Shown: in pieces, positions 12,195 to 26,342 of the stretch | Layout: each line of letters opens with the position of its first letter | Numbering within the stretch: the stretch's first letter is position 1 | Source of the DNA: Adineta vaga | Taxonomy: Eukaryota > Animalia > Rotifera | DNA length: 64,000 bases | Reading direction: 5' to 3' | Assembly: GCA_021613535.1 (NCBI GenBank) | Contig: CP075493.1 | Coordinates: 6,758,001-6,822,000 of the forward strand | Position numbers and translations under genes: made by a program | Notes under the pieces: generated by a model | The model's database searches: none | What the model was told of the DNA's origin: nothing | Seen by the model: only the letters and a program-made list of their open reading frames with translations

Positions 12195-14983
12195 TCAACG
12201 TTGAAACAAGATAAACAATTCATAATGAGGTGTATGAGGAAATAAATCAACAGCTGTTGATGTAACTGCTTGAAATGGATCACCTTGATAAGTTTTTGAT
12301 CGTGGACGAGTCAGACTAATAAATCAGATATTTGTTGATGTTATATGATAATATCTATGTAATTGAATACATACTCGACAAAATTATGTATTGCTAATTG
12401 TGGATTGCAAGCAATATAGCCTAATACTTTGATATTCTCAGCTGAACGTAGTGTTTGAATTACTTTTCGATCTGAATATAGAACATGTTTGATTGATTTC
12501 ATGTTTGTAATGGAAAATATTCAAGAATACATACGAACACCAGCACGAGGTGGATCAAGAATAGCAACAACTCGTTGTTGATTATATTTAGTTACTAATT
12601 TATGAATAACATTTTCAATCTTATCAGCAATAAATTCAATGTTTTGAATATCTAGACGAATTTACTGAATACATTCGATCATAACAAATATGTGATCTTA
12701 CTATTTAATTGAGCATTACGTTTTGCATCTTCAACAGCATCTTTAATCATTTCGATTCCAATAACTTGTTTTACATTCTACCATATAGAGAGAAAAAAAA
12801 GATTTTCTTCGAATTTGATTATATTACAACAATCTTACATTAGCTAATGTAATACCAATTGTTCCTGTTCCACAACATATATCAAGAAGTACTGTATCCT
12901 GATCTAATTTCATTGAATCTTTAACTAACGAATAGAGTACTTCAGCACCTTGAGTATTTGCTAGAAGATAGATTATATCCTATTATTTGAATATATATGT
13001 AATTCATAGAATGTATTTACCTTGAAAGAATGCTTTTGCTGATACGTGAAATTTAAAATCAAATAGTTTTTCAACAATATACTAAAGAAGAGGAAAATGA
13101 CATTTATATAATTTCGAATAATGCTAGAGAATCGTTTGTATTTGAATATTTCTAAATCAACTGATTCTGTTTCGCGATTACATTCACGATAAATAGTTCT
13201 ATATCATCCATAAAAATCTCTCTTTACTTTTCGTACATTATTAAATTCTATGTCATCTGTAATCTTACCGAATCGCCCAATAAAATTTCACTTTGAATAG
13301 TTTCATTACCAGCTCTACAAAGAAATACAAATAAAACGTTTTTTTTCACGGATATTCTTACTTATTTTTCTCAACATTGAAAATAATATTTGTCACTTTA
13401 CAAACACTTCCTTCTCCTGTTGTAAAATAGTTAACTAATTCTTTTTTTTCTTGTTCAATTTCTTCCTAAAAAAGATAAATAATATCTCTCATGAATACTT
13501 GTTTTCTTTTACGAACGGGAGATAATTGTCCTTGACAAAATGAAATCATCATCAATATATAATTCAAACGACTTGTTCGTACTGTTAATTGTCTCCAACA
13601 ACCAAGATGAGTTTCAGACGAATACCAAGCTGATGAACGTGATCGAATGAAATCTTGAAAATGCTAAAAAAAACAATATCATTGAAATATTTTTATACAA
13701 TTGAAACGATAGTTTATACTTGAACAACAAGTTTCATTTCGTTTGAAACATTTTTACAAACACTTGGACTTCCAACTCGATCAATTCCAGAACGATATTC
13801 TCCTATTGATATAAAACAAGGCAAAGATTTCTATAGGATGATAAAATCGATTATTTACCATAACGAAAGCCAACCACTTTATCTAAATAGAAGAAAATGA
13901 GCAAGTTTTTTCAGAAAGATTTACGCGTCTACCTTCATTATTATTTCCTTTTCCACATGAAAATTCACATTTAGTTCGATAGCCATCAACAATAGGCTTA
14001 AATAAGCATCATAGATTCAACTTTATTTGAATAAAAGTATGCGGCAATACTTACCGAAGGTTTAATTCCTTCGAATGGAATGGTAATATCTTTTGAACTA
14101 AATAGAATCGTATATAGTTAGTTCATCGTAGGCTACAGATTGCTGTAAAGATAAAGAGTTTACCTTGTTTCTTTAATTTTTTGTTCGAGTCCTTTGAGAT
14201 ATTCTTGGATAATAGTTGTCTTTTTGGCTAATTGTTCTTCATAAGTTAATTTCCATAAGGGTGTAGCTGAATTTTGTATTCTAAATATTGTTCGGTATAT
14301 ATTTTCTAATCAAGAAAAATATTCTACTCACTTAACTTCATCAGGTAAATCCAAATCGTTTTCATTATCAGGTTGTCGATCACGTCTATTATCATCTAAT
14401 TAGCTAATGTACGAGATGACAATCGTTAAAATATATATTTCTTTACTTTTTTTAGGTTTATTCTGACGAAACATAATATCAATCGCTGGTTTAGCATGCT
14501 ATAAAACAGAATAAACAAAGATTATGCATAAAGAAGAGTAATTCGTTTTTCTACTAACTGTAACTTCAATTCGATTTCCTCGAAAAGTCCATCCAGTTAA
14601 TAATTTCAAAGCTTTTTCACGATCTTCTTCATTTCTATGGAATAGAAATTAGATTTCCATCATGATATATCTTTTCTTACCGGAAATTGATATAAGCATG
14701 TGTACATCCTTTTGGTACTTTGATTTTAACAAAATCAACACCGAGAAGTTTAAGTCGTTTTTTCAAATCCTAATTTGATAAATTCAAATAGAAAATATTT
14801 TGATGCGAATCAATTGATGCTTACACCAAAACCGAAATATTTCGGCAGATTATTGATTTCAAGTTTAAATCGTTCAGATGTATATTCATCTCGAGCAAGA
14901 TAACCTTTCTCTTCGGATTTAGATTCTGTCGATGATTCGATAACTTCATCAGCTATGGATGTTTCTACTTCTTCTTCAGCCAT
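12195..14983 (-). CDS. TRMT2A: tRNA (uracil-5)-methyltransferase TRMT2A homolog, many exons
   Basis: N-terminal RRM ([18 protein letters not shown]), [73 protein letters not shown]. Confidence 0.9.
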
Positions 14984-15629
14984 CTAGAAAAAAGAGATAA
15001 AGAGATCTGTCAATTTAAAATATGCGTCGATATTCGGAAAGCTAGTTGTGTACTGTGATGGATGAGAGAAAGGACAGTATTTGACTTTAAGTGTAATAGA
15101 CATTGCTTTTCTTAGCTTTACATGTTCAAGACATTGGAAATATTTTCATTTTATCATCGATTTTTAAAAGACTTTTATATAAATAGTTTACTCAGACATA
15201 TGTAGACAACCATACTGTTATAATTTTTCATAGATTTAGTAAGTTTCAAAAACTTGCAGCAGCAGCAGAAGCAGCAGCATACACCAATCTCGATGATTCA
15301 TGCTTCAGTCAATGACCACCAATCAGAAGAAGGTGGTTGTGATCCACATAGTAAAATCGTTCATAGAATTGTTCAATTGTCTTGTTTCAATGAAAATAAA
15401 ATTATCGAAATGATTTTTGCAATTTTCTAGTTTCAATTATCAAAACTTGTTTCCTATTGGTTGATTCTTCCTCGTGGAAAAATCTGGATTCAGTGAGAAA
15501 AAAAAAGAAAACAATTCCTCCATCTGAGATCCTCTTATTCTTTTAATTCATTGAGAAGCTTTTTTTTGACAATAAATTAGTTTATATGTTTTATTTCTAG
15601 ATCCATCATTTTCGAATTTACTCGACATA

Positions 15630-16612
15630 ATGACTGATACGTATGTTCTATCTATGTCTTACTGATTTGATACTATTAATTCATTTTAGCGTCAAAAAGA
15701 TGGACACAAAATCATCACCAAAAAACGCCATTTCAAAGGTGCCTGAAGTTTTATTGAAAAAACGTAAACTTTATGCTGATCTTAAAGCAAAACGTCTTCG
15801 TTCTCAAGTTCAAGCAACAAAAGTAAAATATCTACTTTTATCAGTATCATTCATCTTATTAATCTGTTCAATTTAGAACAAGAAATTTAAACGTTTAGTC
15901 ATCTTTAAACGTGCAGAAAAATATGTTAGTGAATATCGTAAGAAAGAACGAGATTTAATTCGTCTTAAACGTTCAGCTAAAGTTCGTAATAACTACCATG
16001 TTGAAGCTGAACCAGCACTTGCTTTTGTCATGCGTATTCGTGGGTATGTAGATAATAATTTCTAGAAAAACGAGAAATCTTCAACATTTCATTTTCCTCT
16101 AGTATTCGTGGTGTTCATCCACGTGTTAAACAAGTCTTACGTCTCTTTCGTTTACGTCAAATTAACAATGGTGTTTTTGTTAAACTTAACAAAGCTACCG
16201 TTCAAATGTTACGAATTGCTGAACCTTACATTGCATGGGGTTATCCAAATTTGAAATCCGTTCGAGAACTTGTTTATAAACGTGGTTTCGGAAAAGTTAA
16301 CAAACAACGTATGCCATTATCGGATAACAGTGTCATTGAAAAATCTCTCGGTAAACAAGATATCATTTGTATGGAAGATCTTGTTCATGAAATCTTTACC
16401 GTTGGAGAAAATTTCAAAAAAGCAACAAACTTTCTTTGGCCATTTAAATTAAACAATCCAAAAGGTAATAGAATGAATTATATTTTGTCGAATAATATTT
16501 TCGTGATTTTTCAATAGGTGGCTGGCGTAAGAAAGCCAATCATTTTGCTGATGGAGGTGATTTTGGTAATCGTGAACAATATATCAATCAATTGTTACGT
16601 AAAATGGTTTAG
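15630..16612 (+). CDS. RPL7: 60S ribosomal protein uL30 (multi-exon)
   Basis: [84 protein letters not shown]. Confidence 0.97.
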
Positions 16613-16895
16613 ACGTGTTATAAATGTATTGTTTTTCACGTTCTATTCGATTTTTTAATGCTCATCTTCAACAGCATGAGAATAACGGAATAAAAAAGAA
16701 GAGAACATCATTGATCTTTATTGGAATATATTCATAGTTTAGTCAGTTATTTCTCTACTAAACTATCGAAAATAGAATGTCATCTTTCATTCATTATCGA
16801 AGAGATTTCAAGATCAATATACATCTAACTAGATTTTTATTTCTATTTGAAATACACTGATAAATGAAAAAGCTTTGCTGACAACAAGAGGACAA

Positions 16896-18105
16896 TTAAA
16901 TAATCATTGCTTTACGTAAAAGATTTTGAAAAATAGATGTTTTCGGAAGATTGCGTTGTGATTGTTTTCTAACATAAACATAATCTATCGGTTCATGAAT
17001 TGATGATATATTCATTGCACGTTCTTCTACTCGTCTAAAACGAAAAATTCATCAAATTTTTGTTTTTATCTTAATAATCTTATTGGATTTCCTACTTTTG
17101 TAAATCTTCAATATCGACAAGAATGGAATCTTGCTCCATACTTAATGAATCTCTTTCAATTAGAAGATTCACTAATTGATCATTATTTTCTAAGAATAGA
17201 TGAAGATTGATGATGTAATATTTCCTTCTAGTTCAAAACTACCTTCAATCAAACAATATAAATCATTGATAATCACTTGTAATTGACCGATATTCATCTC
17301 TTCAAGTGTTTCATTCGTCAAAGGTTTAACAATATCAACATTAATTCCCATCTGACATAACGGATAACAACAAATAACAATGTTTTAATTGAAAAGAAAA
17401 TCTACATACGAGATCATAGATTGGTGATCGTTTCTTTTCAAATGTTTCTCGTTCGAGTTCAACTTGCATTCGAGCCATTTTTGCTCCTAATATCAGAGCA
17501 AGTTTTGCGTCTTCCTATACAAAAAGAAATCGAAATTTGATCGCTAATGGATAAAGAAACATTCAAACTTTTAATTTCTGTTGTTGTATGAAAATATCGT
17601 CATTTGTATTTGTTTCAAACGATGAAGTTGCTTGATCATGTTCAATATTCAAATCTATAGTTAACGAGATCTTATTACATCTGTTGTTTGCCATTAGACG
17701 AAGAAGTGTTAAAATAGATCATGAGTTTCCTTCTCTTATCTAATGTCTTCTTTTCTTCTTAATGGATCTATCCTTTAATGTCATCTACTTTTTTCTTCAC
17801 ATCATAAATAATAATTTCTGGCAATATCCTTATTTGAAAGCGTTAAGATAGGTTTTCTCTTTCCGGATCTTTCTCATTACTTTTCCAATCGGTTGTGATC
17901 GATGTATTGTCAAGATAGTCATCATTGTCACATTCCGAATCATTGTCAATAATTTCATTTCGTGCCTGGAGAAAACAAATAAATTAATAGAAAGCAAAAA
18001 ATCCAATGATAAAAATATTCTTTATCTTTAAATTAATATATGAAATCTGATGTAACTTACTTGTAAACATGCATGCCATTTCCAACGTGTTTTTCTATAG
18101 ACCAT
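16896..18105 (-). CDS. SCHIP1: Schwannomin-interacting protein 1-like (multi-exon)
   Basis: DAKLALILGAKMARMQVELE...KRSPIYDL; LEEMNIGQLQVIINDL; QLVNLLIERDSLSMEQDSILVDIEDL match the SCHIP1 coiled-coil C-terminus. Confidence 0.85.
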
Positions 18106-19354
18106 GATCGAAACAATCGTGAAAAGATTCTACTCGGCAAGTGAGCTTATTTCGTATTTTTATCATCGATTGCAAATTCTTTTCCGGCCGAGACAACAAC
18201 GACGATGAAGAAGAAACAAAAGAAAGAAGAAACGGAGAAGATTTTCTTTCTTTTTTTTTGTTGTTTCATTGACATTCTATCATCATCATCATCATCATCA
18301 TTGTTGTTATCCGATGAAAAATTCGATTCGATGATGACAACAAATAGCGCTTTTGTCATCGGATTGTAATTAACTTTATCATGAAGATATAAAACTTCAT
18401 TTTTTCTTCTTTCTCGAACTACTGATCAGCAAAATCACATTCATATACGTACTTTTAATTCCAATCGAAAATTTTCTAAATTCCAATCAAATTGAATTTG
18501 ATTATTATAAAGATAATAAATGTATAGATCCATTCATAACAACAAAAAAAGAAGGAAATATTGAGCTAAACTTTTCTCTCAAACACTTTCATCCAAAGTG
18601 ATGAGAAGAGAAGTTGAGTTCTTAATGGAATAATCAAATAGACATTGTTCATAGAACAAAAAAGAAGAAGAAACATAATAATACATCAATTTCTCTCTCA
18701 TTTTTTTCTCTCTTCTTGAAGTATACCCAATGATTGACAAATAGTATTATTAATGAATAGATATATTCAGGTGTTAGTAATTTCTTCTTTATAAATAGAT
18801 GAGAGAATAGATTTCGGAAGTTGTCTATGACGTAATTACATTTTCACAACTTTATATCTTTATTGATTAATTTAATTCGTCTCATGCCTTTCTATCGAAT
18901 GATTTATTGACGATACGTTGTCAATGAGAATCAAGGTTTTGTTTAGTCGCAAAACACACACACACACAAAGAATATTTTCGAAGATCATTCGAATACAGT
19001 ATATCTGTTATCATAGAATGATTATCCACATGGACCTTTTTCAATTCATATTAATACGTGTAATACATACACAATTCAATGATATTTTAATAATACAATA
19101 ACTTAATATGTCTGACTAATCTTTGATGATTATTTTTTCGTATAAACTAGCGATCTCGTTCGGTCGTCTCATATGAATACAGATGGCGAATGGTTTCTTT
19201 TTTCAACCATTCTCTTCGTCTCTACATCAACGCTACCATCAATGTGCATACCAGCTGTCATACTAAATACTAGTCTATAACTATTGATTTCCTTCCGGAA
19301 TGACTTTATTATAGTAGTTTTTTCTCTCGATTCATTTTTTTTATATTTTTTGTC

Positions 19355-20408
19355 ATGTATACAACGTCAAAGAATAGTCTTCAACAAAAGTCATTAGTTT
19401 CACAAATGTGTGTCATCTGTTTGCATTTAACTCAACGTTTTTTAACTGTTCGTTTTTTTGTCGGACTTTTAACGGGAATTTTTTGTACAATAATTATTTA
19501 TCGTCGTCATGAACCAGTGAATAAACCACATTTTCGTCCTGATCAATCGAAATTTGAATATGAAAAAAATCGATTACCAATCGACGATTTCGATATAAAA
19601 AGTTCATCATCATCATCATGGAATAGTTCCTGGGATGGGTAAGACTTTGATGGCAAATATTCTTCCTTAATTTCACTTCTCTGTAGTTTAAAAAGAGAAA
19701 CAACATTCTCACGGCATTTATATTTAATTCGACATGGTCAATATTTTGATAATGCTCAAACATTAAGTGAAATGAAATTAACTATACTTGGTCGAGAACA
19801 ATTGAAATATACTGGTATACGTTTGAATCAAATGAATATTCAATTTAATCGTCTTATTCATTCTGGTATGGTTCGTGCATATGAAAGTGCTGGGATTATT
19901 AATGAACAATTTGATACAAAACTTCCATTAATTCAAGATACGAATTTAACTGAAGGTCTACCAGTAGCACCCGTGCCTTACGCTGGAATTTCCCAACGAG
20001 ATGTTGATGTAAGAAGAAGAACAGATATAACTTTTGTAGTGTTATTTTTATTAAAAAATATTTTTCGTAGGCGTATGGTGATAAAGCTAGAATTGATGCA
20101 GCATTTGCTACTTACTTCCATCGAGCACGTCAAGATCAAAATCGAGAAACACATGACATTCTTGTATTCCATGCTAATCTCTTACGTTATTTTATATGCA
20201 AGTAAGACTGTTTTTCTTTTTTTTCAAAAAATTCATCTTTAATCTTCGTATTTTTATTAGAATAATGCAATTTCCAACACAAGCTTGGTTACGAATGACA
20301 TTAAATCACGGTTCAATCACTCAAATAATGATTCTAAGTGATGGAAGTATCATAATGAAAAGTGTGGGTGACAGTGGTTTTATTCCAGCGAATAAAGTGA
20401 CATTTTAA
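19355..20408 (+). CDS. PGAM5: Mitochondrial Ser/Thr phosphatase PGAM5
   Basis: N-terminal TM; WNSSWD; YLIRHGQY catalytic motif; LTILGREQ; HSGMVRAYES; HANLLRYFIC; QFPTQAWLRMTLNHGSIT; GDSGFIP. Confidence 0.92.
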
Positions 20409-21138
20409 TATTTGAGTTCTTAATTCCTAATAGTCTGCTTTCAAATACTGTTGTTAAATATTTTTCTTCCTTATTCACAAATTAATATTGATATTCACGA
20501 GTGAATTGTTGACAAATTTAGCAAATGTGTGTTCTTTTTTCAAAATACATCTATCATGTTGATGGGTAGAAGAGGTTTGTTGTCTATTTTTCATTGTATG
20601 AAGTATATTTACACCATTGAATTTTGTAGTTGTTTTATCGTTCGAAATTCAAGTTTCTTCAGCATCTGGAATGTATGCATTTTTTATTTCCTACATAAAT
20701 CTACAAATTACGTTGATGACATCAGATTGAAACTAGAAAATGATAATTGAAGAGATCTGCTCATTATGCATACATGATACATCATATTCATTTGTTAGAT
20801 TTAATTTCTTCCTTTGTTAACAATTGACAAGGATATGAAGCACCATCCACTTTTGCTTCAAAACGTCTATTATTCGCATTAATTATTTCTCCTGCATTGC
20901 TTTGTATCTATGCTTACAACATTTTAAATGAGATCGTGTTACTTAATACTTCTATACACGAAAGTTATCGACAATGTCTTGCTGATTTACAATGAAAAAG
21001 AACGTACGATTTCTTGAAAATTTTTTTTTGTGTGTTCTTTCTTCTGCTGCAATCGACGAAGTCATCGTCAAGGTGTATTACAAACTAATGGTAACGTAAC
21101 AAATAGAAATAAAACATTACTCAATAGATTACATACAC

Positions 21139-24100
21139 ATGGATGTCAAATATATTGGCGGAGATGAACCATGGACACTTCCGTTTGGTGATCATTTTAA
21201 TTCATCAAATGAACCATATAAATCAAGTAGATAAATCATATTTGATTAAGAACATAATCATATAATGAAAATTTTTTGTTCAGATTTAATTTCATCTAGT
21301 GAATTAGAGATTATTGCACGTCGACATGGTTTTGAACCATTATATTCTGCAAGTGAAAAACAATCTCAACCGAAATTTCCTTTTACAAATGATAATCTTC
21401 AATGGATGAATACAGGAATTCTATTTACTGACAAAACTATCGAACCAAATATGAGTGGAACTCATTATACAGGTTTGTGTTTAAGAAATAGTTCTAAAGC
21501 TAAATGAAATCTTGTTTAGATTTCTCGGATAATCATGGACATACATTTTGTTATTTATGTTCCATTAATCAACATCATCATGAACATACGAAACCTCGAG
21601 ATCAATCACGAGTATAAATTCATTCAATTAAATCTTGTATTCTAATTTATTCGTTTGTTTAGAGACGAAAACTTATTCCATATAATAATCCAAAAGCACT
21701 ACGAGTTCAATCAGCATCGAAAGATCGACCTATATCTGCTTCATCAACAACAAATTCTACTTCTTATCGATTTATTGTTCGAACTGGTACAAGAGAAAAT
21801 AGTGGAACTCGAGCACAAGTATTCAAAATACCTCATGTCGTTTTGGTTCTCTCTCTAGTATTGTTGTTTACTTCTTCTAGGTATTTTTGTATATGTACGG
21901 AACAGAAAATGATTGGACTTCTATTAATTTGCGTGCACGTGCAAAACAAACATGTGATGGCTTTCCAAGTGGTTCAATACGAACATTTTGTTTGAAAGGA
22001 CCTGATATTGGTCAATTGCATCATTTGAATGTTAATGTAAATCCATTATGTTCTGAATGTTTTATTTTAATGAATCTTTCCTTAGCTTGTCGGTGCTCGT
22101 TCAGATAAAGAATGGTATCTCAATGAAATTGAAATAACGAATTTAAATACTTCAAAAACATGGTTATGTGAATTCAATTGTTGGTTACCTAAGACAGATA
22201 ATACAGAACCACAGTACCATGTAAAACCAACGAATGAACTAACATCAGATAACTTATGCGGTAAATTTTCATTGTTTTTATTTTCCTTGAATAGTCCTTG
22301 ATTTTGTTTTTTAGTTTATATTCTACAAATTCGTACTGGTGGAAAAGCATTTGCTGGAACAGATTCGACAATTCAAGTGACAGTTAAAGGATCGAAGAGT
22401 CAAACACGACAGTTGACATTGACAAGTAGTCAAGCGAATTTATTTGAACAGAATCAATTGGATACATTTGCTATTGCTGGATGGGATCTAGGAGATTTAT
22501 TAGAAATAACGTATGGAAATTAGATGTCTTTCGAAATATAATAGAAATACTATTATTTGTTTTGTTAGAGTCAAATCGGATCGAACTCAAACGGCTGCTG
22601 ATTGGGATTTAAAAGAAATGGCAATGTGGAAAATCTTACCAGATAATGATCATAAACAATTTCAAGTTTATTTTCCATTTAATACTTGGCTCGGAAAGAA
22701 AGTTAGTACATTAGAAGCAAAACGAGAAAAATATCCCATAACTGATCAACATATAAGAGGTATTTTGTTTCATTTTCATAACAGTTTTTCATATGCTATA
22801 TTACAATGGTGTTTCAGGCCCAACATGTTATCATATCATAGTCAAAACTGGAGATACGAGGGGTGCTGGTACTGATGCTAATGTTTTTATTATCATTTAT
22901 GGTGAAAGTGGACGAACTGTAATTCATCATTTAGATAATATTGGAAAAAATGATTTTGAACGAAAATCTTCATCAGAATTTACGGTAAGTGAAAAAATAG
23001 AGTCTTTGCATTGAGTATCTTTTCTAAACGATAACTTAATTGTCTATTATGTACATTTATTCTGTAGATTATGGATATTGATGTTGGTGATATTAATCGA
23101 ATTAAAATTTGGCATGATAATACTAAACCTGGAGCTGGTTGGTTTCTTGATACAGTTATAATTCGAAAAAAACATTCAACATGTCGCCCTATTTCCAACA
23201 GTTTCATTCAACGTGTGACACAGATCAGTAAAGTTTTATATCGTGAAGCCCGTGAACAAATGAAAAAGAATTATAATGTTCGATCATCTTCATTGAAAGA
23301 AAATGATCCACGTTCATCTGATCGTAAAAGTACTTCACTGAAAAGAGTCACTTTCGATAAAGACAGTATTGGCTCTCAAGATGAACGATTTGATTATGAT
23401 ACACAACGACAGAAAAATAAACAAACAAGTATCGATTCAAAACGTCACAAAGATCAATTGTCGAATGAATCAATATCGGGGCATTTCGATCATCGAGCTA
23501 CATGGATATCTTCGCATACTTTTACTAACAATAGATGGCAAATTAAATCTATTGAAGAACAAAAATCCTTTAATATAGATCAATCAGTACGTTCATCACT
23601 TTTATCGGATCGTTTAGCAATCGACAGCAAAATCAAAACATCGACTCATGATCGAGATGATGATGTCTACGAATTTACAGCAAATCGTTGGTTGGCTAAG
23701 GATGAGCATGATGGTAAACTTGAAGTCTCTCTATCACCAAAAGCAAAACAACTATCTACTGATACGAAAAATGAAAGCAAATCAACTACTGATACAACAA
23801 CCGATTTGAATAAGCACAAATTACGTCCAACATCTAGCTCATCTGTCGATATACCTAATGACGATCAAAATACTAAACGTTCATCACAGCGGTCATCGGG
23901 TGCTTTGAGTCAATTAAAAGAATCATTTCTTGATAAATATCAACGGCCATTATCACCTAGTCAAACTACGAAATCACCTCGTGATAAGACTGAACGTACC
24001 GTACCATCAGCGAGTGAAAAAGATTTACCAGCAAAATCATCAGGTCAATCCACATATGGTTCTCAATCAGCAGTAAAATCTTTGATCGATAGAACTTCAT

Positions 24101-25129
24101 CAGATTTTCGTACTCAACATTCACCATCACCGCGATTCGACCAGAGAGCGAACAGTCCAGTGTCCGGCAATCGAGATTTGCCACCTCGTACGTCGGCTGA
24201 ACCATCATCAGTATTAAAATCAGCGAACGAACGAGATTCAAGAACAAAATTATCAGGTCAATCCACATATGGTTCTCAATCAGCAGTAAAATCTTTGATC
24301 GATAGAACTTCATCAGATTTGCGGAATCAACATTCACCATCACCGCGATTCGACCAGAGAATCAGTAGTCCATTGCCCAGTAATCGAGATTTAGCACCTC
24401 GAACATCGGCTGAATCATCATTTGTACCATCAACAAACGAACGAGATTCAAGAGGAAAACTATCAGGTCAATCTACACATGGTTCCCAATCAGCAATTAA
24501 ATCTTTGATCGATAGAACTTCATCAGATTTTCGTACCCAACATTCACCATCACCCTCAAGATTCGACCAGAGAGCGAGTAGTCCAGTGCCCAGTAATCGA
24601 GATTTAGCACCTCGAACATCGGCTGAACCATCATCAGTATTAAAATCAACAAACGAACGAGATTCAAGAACAAAATTATCAGGTCAATCTACACATGGTT
24701 CTCAATCAGCAATTAAATCATTGATTGATAAAACATCATCCGATTTGCGTAACCAACACTCACCGTCACCGCGATTGGACCAGAGAATCAGTAGTCCAGT
24801 GCCTAGTATTCGAGATTTAGCACCTCGAACATCGGCTGAACCGTTATCTGTATTAAAATCATCAAACGAACGAGATTCAAGAACAAAATTATCAGGTCAA
24901 TCTACACATGGTTCGCAATCATCAGATTTGCGTAACCAGCATTCACCATCACCGCGATTCGACCAGAGAGTGAGTAGTCCAGCGCCCATTAATCGAGATT
25001 TACCACCTCATCGATCCACACGAAGTAAGATCAGTTAATTGTATAACATAACAACGTTATTTATTTTGATCCTCTTTAGATCAAGTATATAGTTCCGCAT
25101 ATGGGACGATACCATCGGATAATTTCTAA
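21139..25129 (+). CDS. Multi-PLAT/LH2-domain protein (LOXHD1-like domains) with a Ser/Arg-rich tandem-repeat tail
   Basis: Three PLAT modules (YRFIVRTG...SGTRAQV; IRTGGKAFAGTDS...FEQNQLDTF; YHIIVKTGDTRGAGTDANVFIIIYGESG...DVGDINRIKIWHDN...GWFLDTV), followed by repeats. Confidence 0.75.
24040..25010 (+). repeat. Coding tandem repeat, five copies of about 213 bp (70-72 aa)
   Basis: TCAGGTCAATC starts at 24040, 24253, 24463, 24679 and 24892. Unit SGQSTxGSQSAxKSLIDRTSSDxRxQHSPSPRFDQRxSSPxPxNRDLxPRTSAEPSSVLKSxNERDSRTKL. Confidence 0.95.
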
Positions 25130-26342
25130 CTGATATATATATATACATGTGCGTACAAGTGATCAGAACAGTTGAATTGCAAAATTTTCTATATCAACAT
25201 TTTTAACACCGAATAAATCTATATTTGGGTGCTTCTTTTTTTCGATATTAAATCTCGCTTTTTTATATTAGAAAAACTGAATAGATGAAACACTTTTCCA
25301 TTGAAGTCGATAAGAAAATGAATCAAAACTGATCTTAGTGTTTTACAATCAGTAACAAAATGAAATACGTGATCTGTACAGTCAGAAAGTAAGTTTACGG
25401 AAATGAACAAGAATAGGTAACCGAACTCGCGGAACATTCAAAGCATTTTGTATATAATAACAAAACCGACTTGCTTCCGATTTGATTGTTATATACAGTG
25501 CTTCAAGGATTTCCGACGTTCGGAAAACTCTTTTGTTACCTTGAAAAGCCTTTTAAAAAGTTGTTTTTCCAATCAATCTATTTATGTACTTTAACCTGTC
25601 TGTCGATATTCTGTATCAATCATCTTCATCAAGACATGAGAGTATTTCATTTGTAGCATGTCTTATTACAAAGATAATATTCTACAGAAAAAAGTAGTCG
25701 TCATAAAGAAGAAAGTGATTTTATTCCTAATCATCTTTCTCATTTTTACTATTACATGAAAAATATAATTAAATTTTGCACGCAAGGAGTTTTTTCGCAC
25801 TAGAATGGTGTAAAGATTCTTTTATAAATCTTTTTCTCTTCGAATGTCACCGATGTTATATAATATCCATTTCTTTTATGAATGATAGATTCGTCAACAT
25901 ATAAAATCCTACTTGAAATGCGTAGGTGAATCAACTATTTTTATTCGAGATTTTCTTTCACTTCCGCCAAGCTCACTGACATCATTAACTATCTTTGATG
26001 ATCATTAAATCGCATAATTATCAATAGATCCTTGTCTTCTTTTTTTGTTATTCATTAAATAGAATAAAAATACATCAGATTTTGAATGATATTAATATTA
26101 ATGAAAATAATGTTTGAATAGATTTCATAGTTATTTCATTTTCTTACCGATAGTTTCCTTCTTTTCTGTCTCGTTCTCTTCTTTTTCTTTCTTCTCTATA
26201 TAGAAATCTATTGCTACACACAGAGGAGAAGAAGAACGAGAGAAAAAGAAAAAACTGAGTTTCATAGAAATAACACATTACCATATTGTTCATATGAATA
26301 TTTTTTTAACCTATAATTGATCTCAATGTGGTTCATTAGTGC

